Made by a program: the position numbers and the translations under genes
Notes under the pieces: generated by a model
What the model saw: only the letters and a program-made list of their open reading frames with translations
Database searches by the model: none
Told to the model about the DNA's origin: nothing
Source of the DNA: the human T2T-CHM13v2.0 reference genome, Homo sapiens
Length of the DNA stretch: 64,000 bases
NCBI RefSeq assembly: GCF_009914755.1
Contig: NC_060933.1
Strand: one strand, 5' to 3'
Shown: positions 62,761 to 64,000 of the stretch, one piece after another
Position numbering within the stretch: position 1 is the first letter of the stretch
How the letters are laid out: each line of letters begins with the position of its first letter

Positions 62761-63879
62761 TTACAATATCGAAAGCTCACCTAACTAAAGAATAGATAAA
62801 ATCCAGAAGAGTTTTTTTTCCAGCAAACATGAATGAATGAATGAACGAATTAATGAATATCTTTATCCAAGGAAGTTTTAAATCCCATGTGTCCCTTGTC
62901 TCTCGGCGAGCGGTTCATCCCACTGTGGGACTGTACTTGCCCAGAGGAAAGAGTGCCTTTTCCTGTTTTACACAGAGGCTCCATTTGCCCACAAAACCTT
63001 ACATATTTACATTGCATTTGGATGACTTTAAAAATAATAAGTTATCTAAACCATTCCAGGTATAATGTCCTAAAAATCAAAATCTATTTCTCCTTCCATT
63101 ATACAACTTCAGCAAATATTCTATGCTCCAGTAGGTCTTTTTTAAGACTTCACCAAATGTTGAAAACATCTTAATTGCCTCATCTTATTCATATTTGTCT
63201 CTAGGGTTTTAATTCAAATACATTTCTCTTCTGCTCTATCATATAATACCATTCAGATACTGGTGGGAAACAAGAGGTCTACATACAACAGATATCACCG
63301 AAACAGAGGAGATACATCTTCTATCTAAAATCAGGCAGCCACATATGACAGGCAAATTGTAACCTGCACAAGGGTACTGGGCCAAGGAGGAGAATGGAAG
63401 GAAAGAGCAGCGTCTGAATCCAGCCTGCATGCTCCTTGGCAAGCAGATCCTCTGCTGTAGGAATTTTGTGCCAAGGAAGGAGGCTCTTTCCCTAATTTCC
63501 ACAAAAGCACCATTTGCCCCACAGAGCCTTGCAAACTGGGCCTTCCCTTCTAAACACCATTTTCTGCTCTGTACAATGGCTTCATATATACCCTGCCTTA
63601 AAACCACAGCCTTTTAAGAGTTAGGAATGCAAAATATATGCGGCCTTGGAACAATGAAATCTGTGAAGAAGCGTAAAATCTACTATTCGAGTTGAATTCA
63701 GACTTCAGGGAATAAGAAAAAAAAAAAAGAAGAAACAAAGATAGATACAGCCTTATAACCAAATGAAGAAACGTAAAAATCCTTTTGTGTTACACAAACA
63801 TCTGTATCATCTGTATCCATGTGTACCACCACCTCTACTCTGGTTCCAAGAATTTCTCTAAGGTTTCTTCTCCCACTCA

Positions 63880-63987
<108 letters not shown>

Positions 63988-64000
63988 TCAAACACACATA

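Overview
Human (or very closely related great-ape) genomic DNA, recognisable as the ACTL7B-ACTL7A-ELP1 (IKBKAP) locus on 9q31. Bases 1-1058 (-) hold the 5' part of the intronless testis actin-like gene ACTL7B, which runs off the left edge. Bases 7450-8757 (+) hold the complete intronless paralogue ACTL7A, divergently oriented. From about 12.6 kb to the right edge, on the minus strand, lie exons 8-37 of ELP1. I placed all 30 coding exons by GT-AG boundaries and reading-frame continuity; they span c.650-3999, consistent with the known 1332-aa protein. The familial dysautonomia positions (IVS20+6, R696, P914) are wild type, but this haplotype encodes E765, L816 and M830. The rest is interspersed repeat: Alu, L1, L2/MIR, MaLR/ERVL LTRs, a decayed Tigger transposon and MER elements. 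I see no convincing new gene system. The most interesting signals are regulatory or splicing-related: an identical CRE-like 11-mer about 100 bp upstream of both ACTL7 start codons, a duplicated in-frame 5' splice site after ELP1 exon 31, a naturally FD-like donor at exon 11, and a UG-rich minisatellite upstream of exons 19-20. Repeat family names and boundaries are by eye and approximate.
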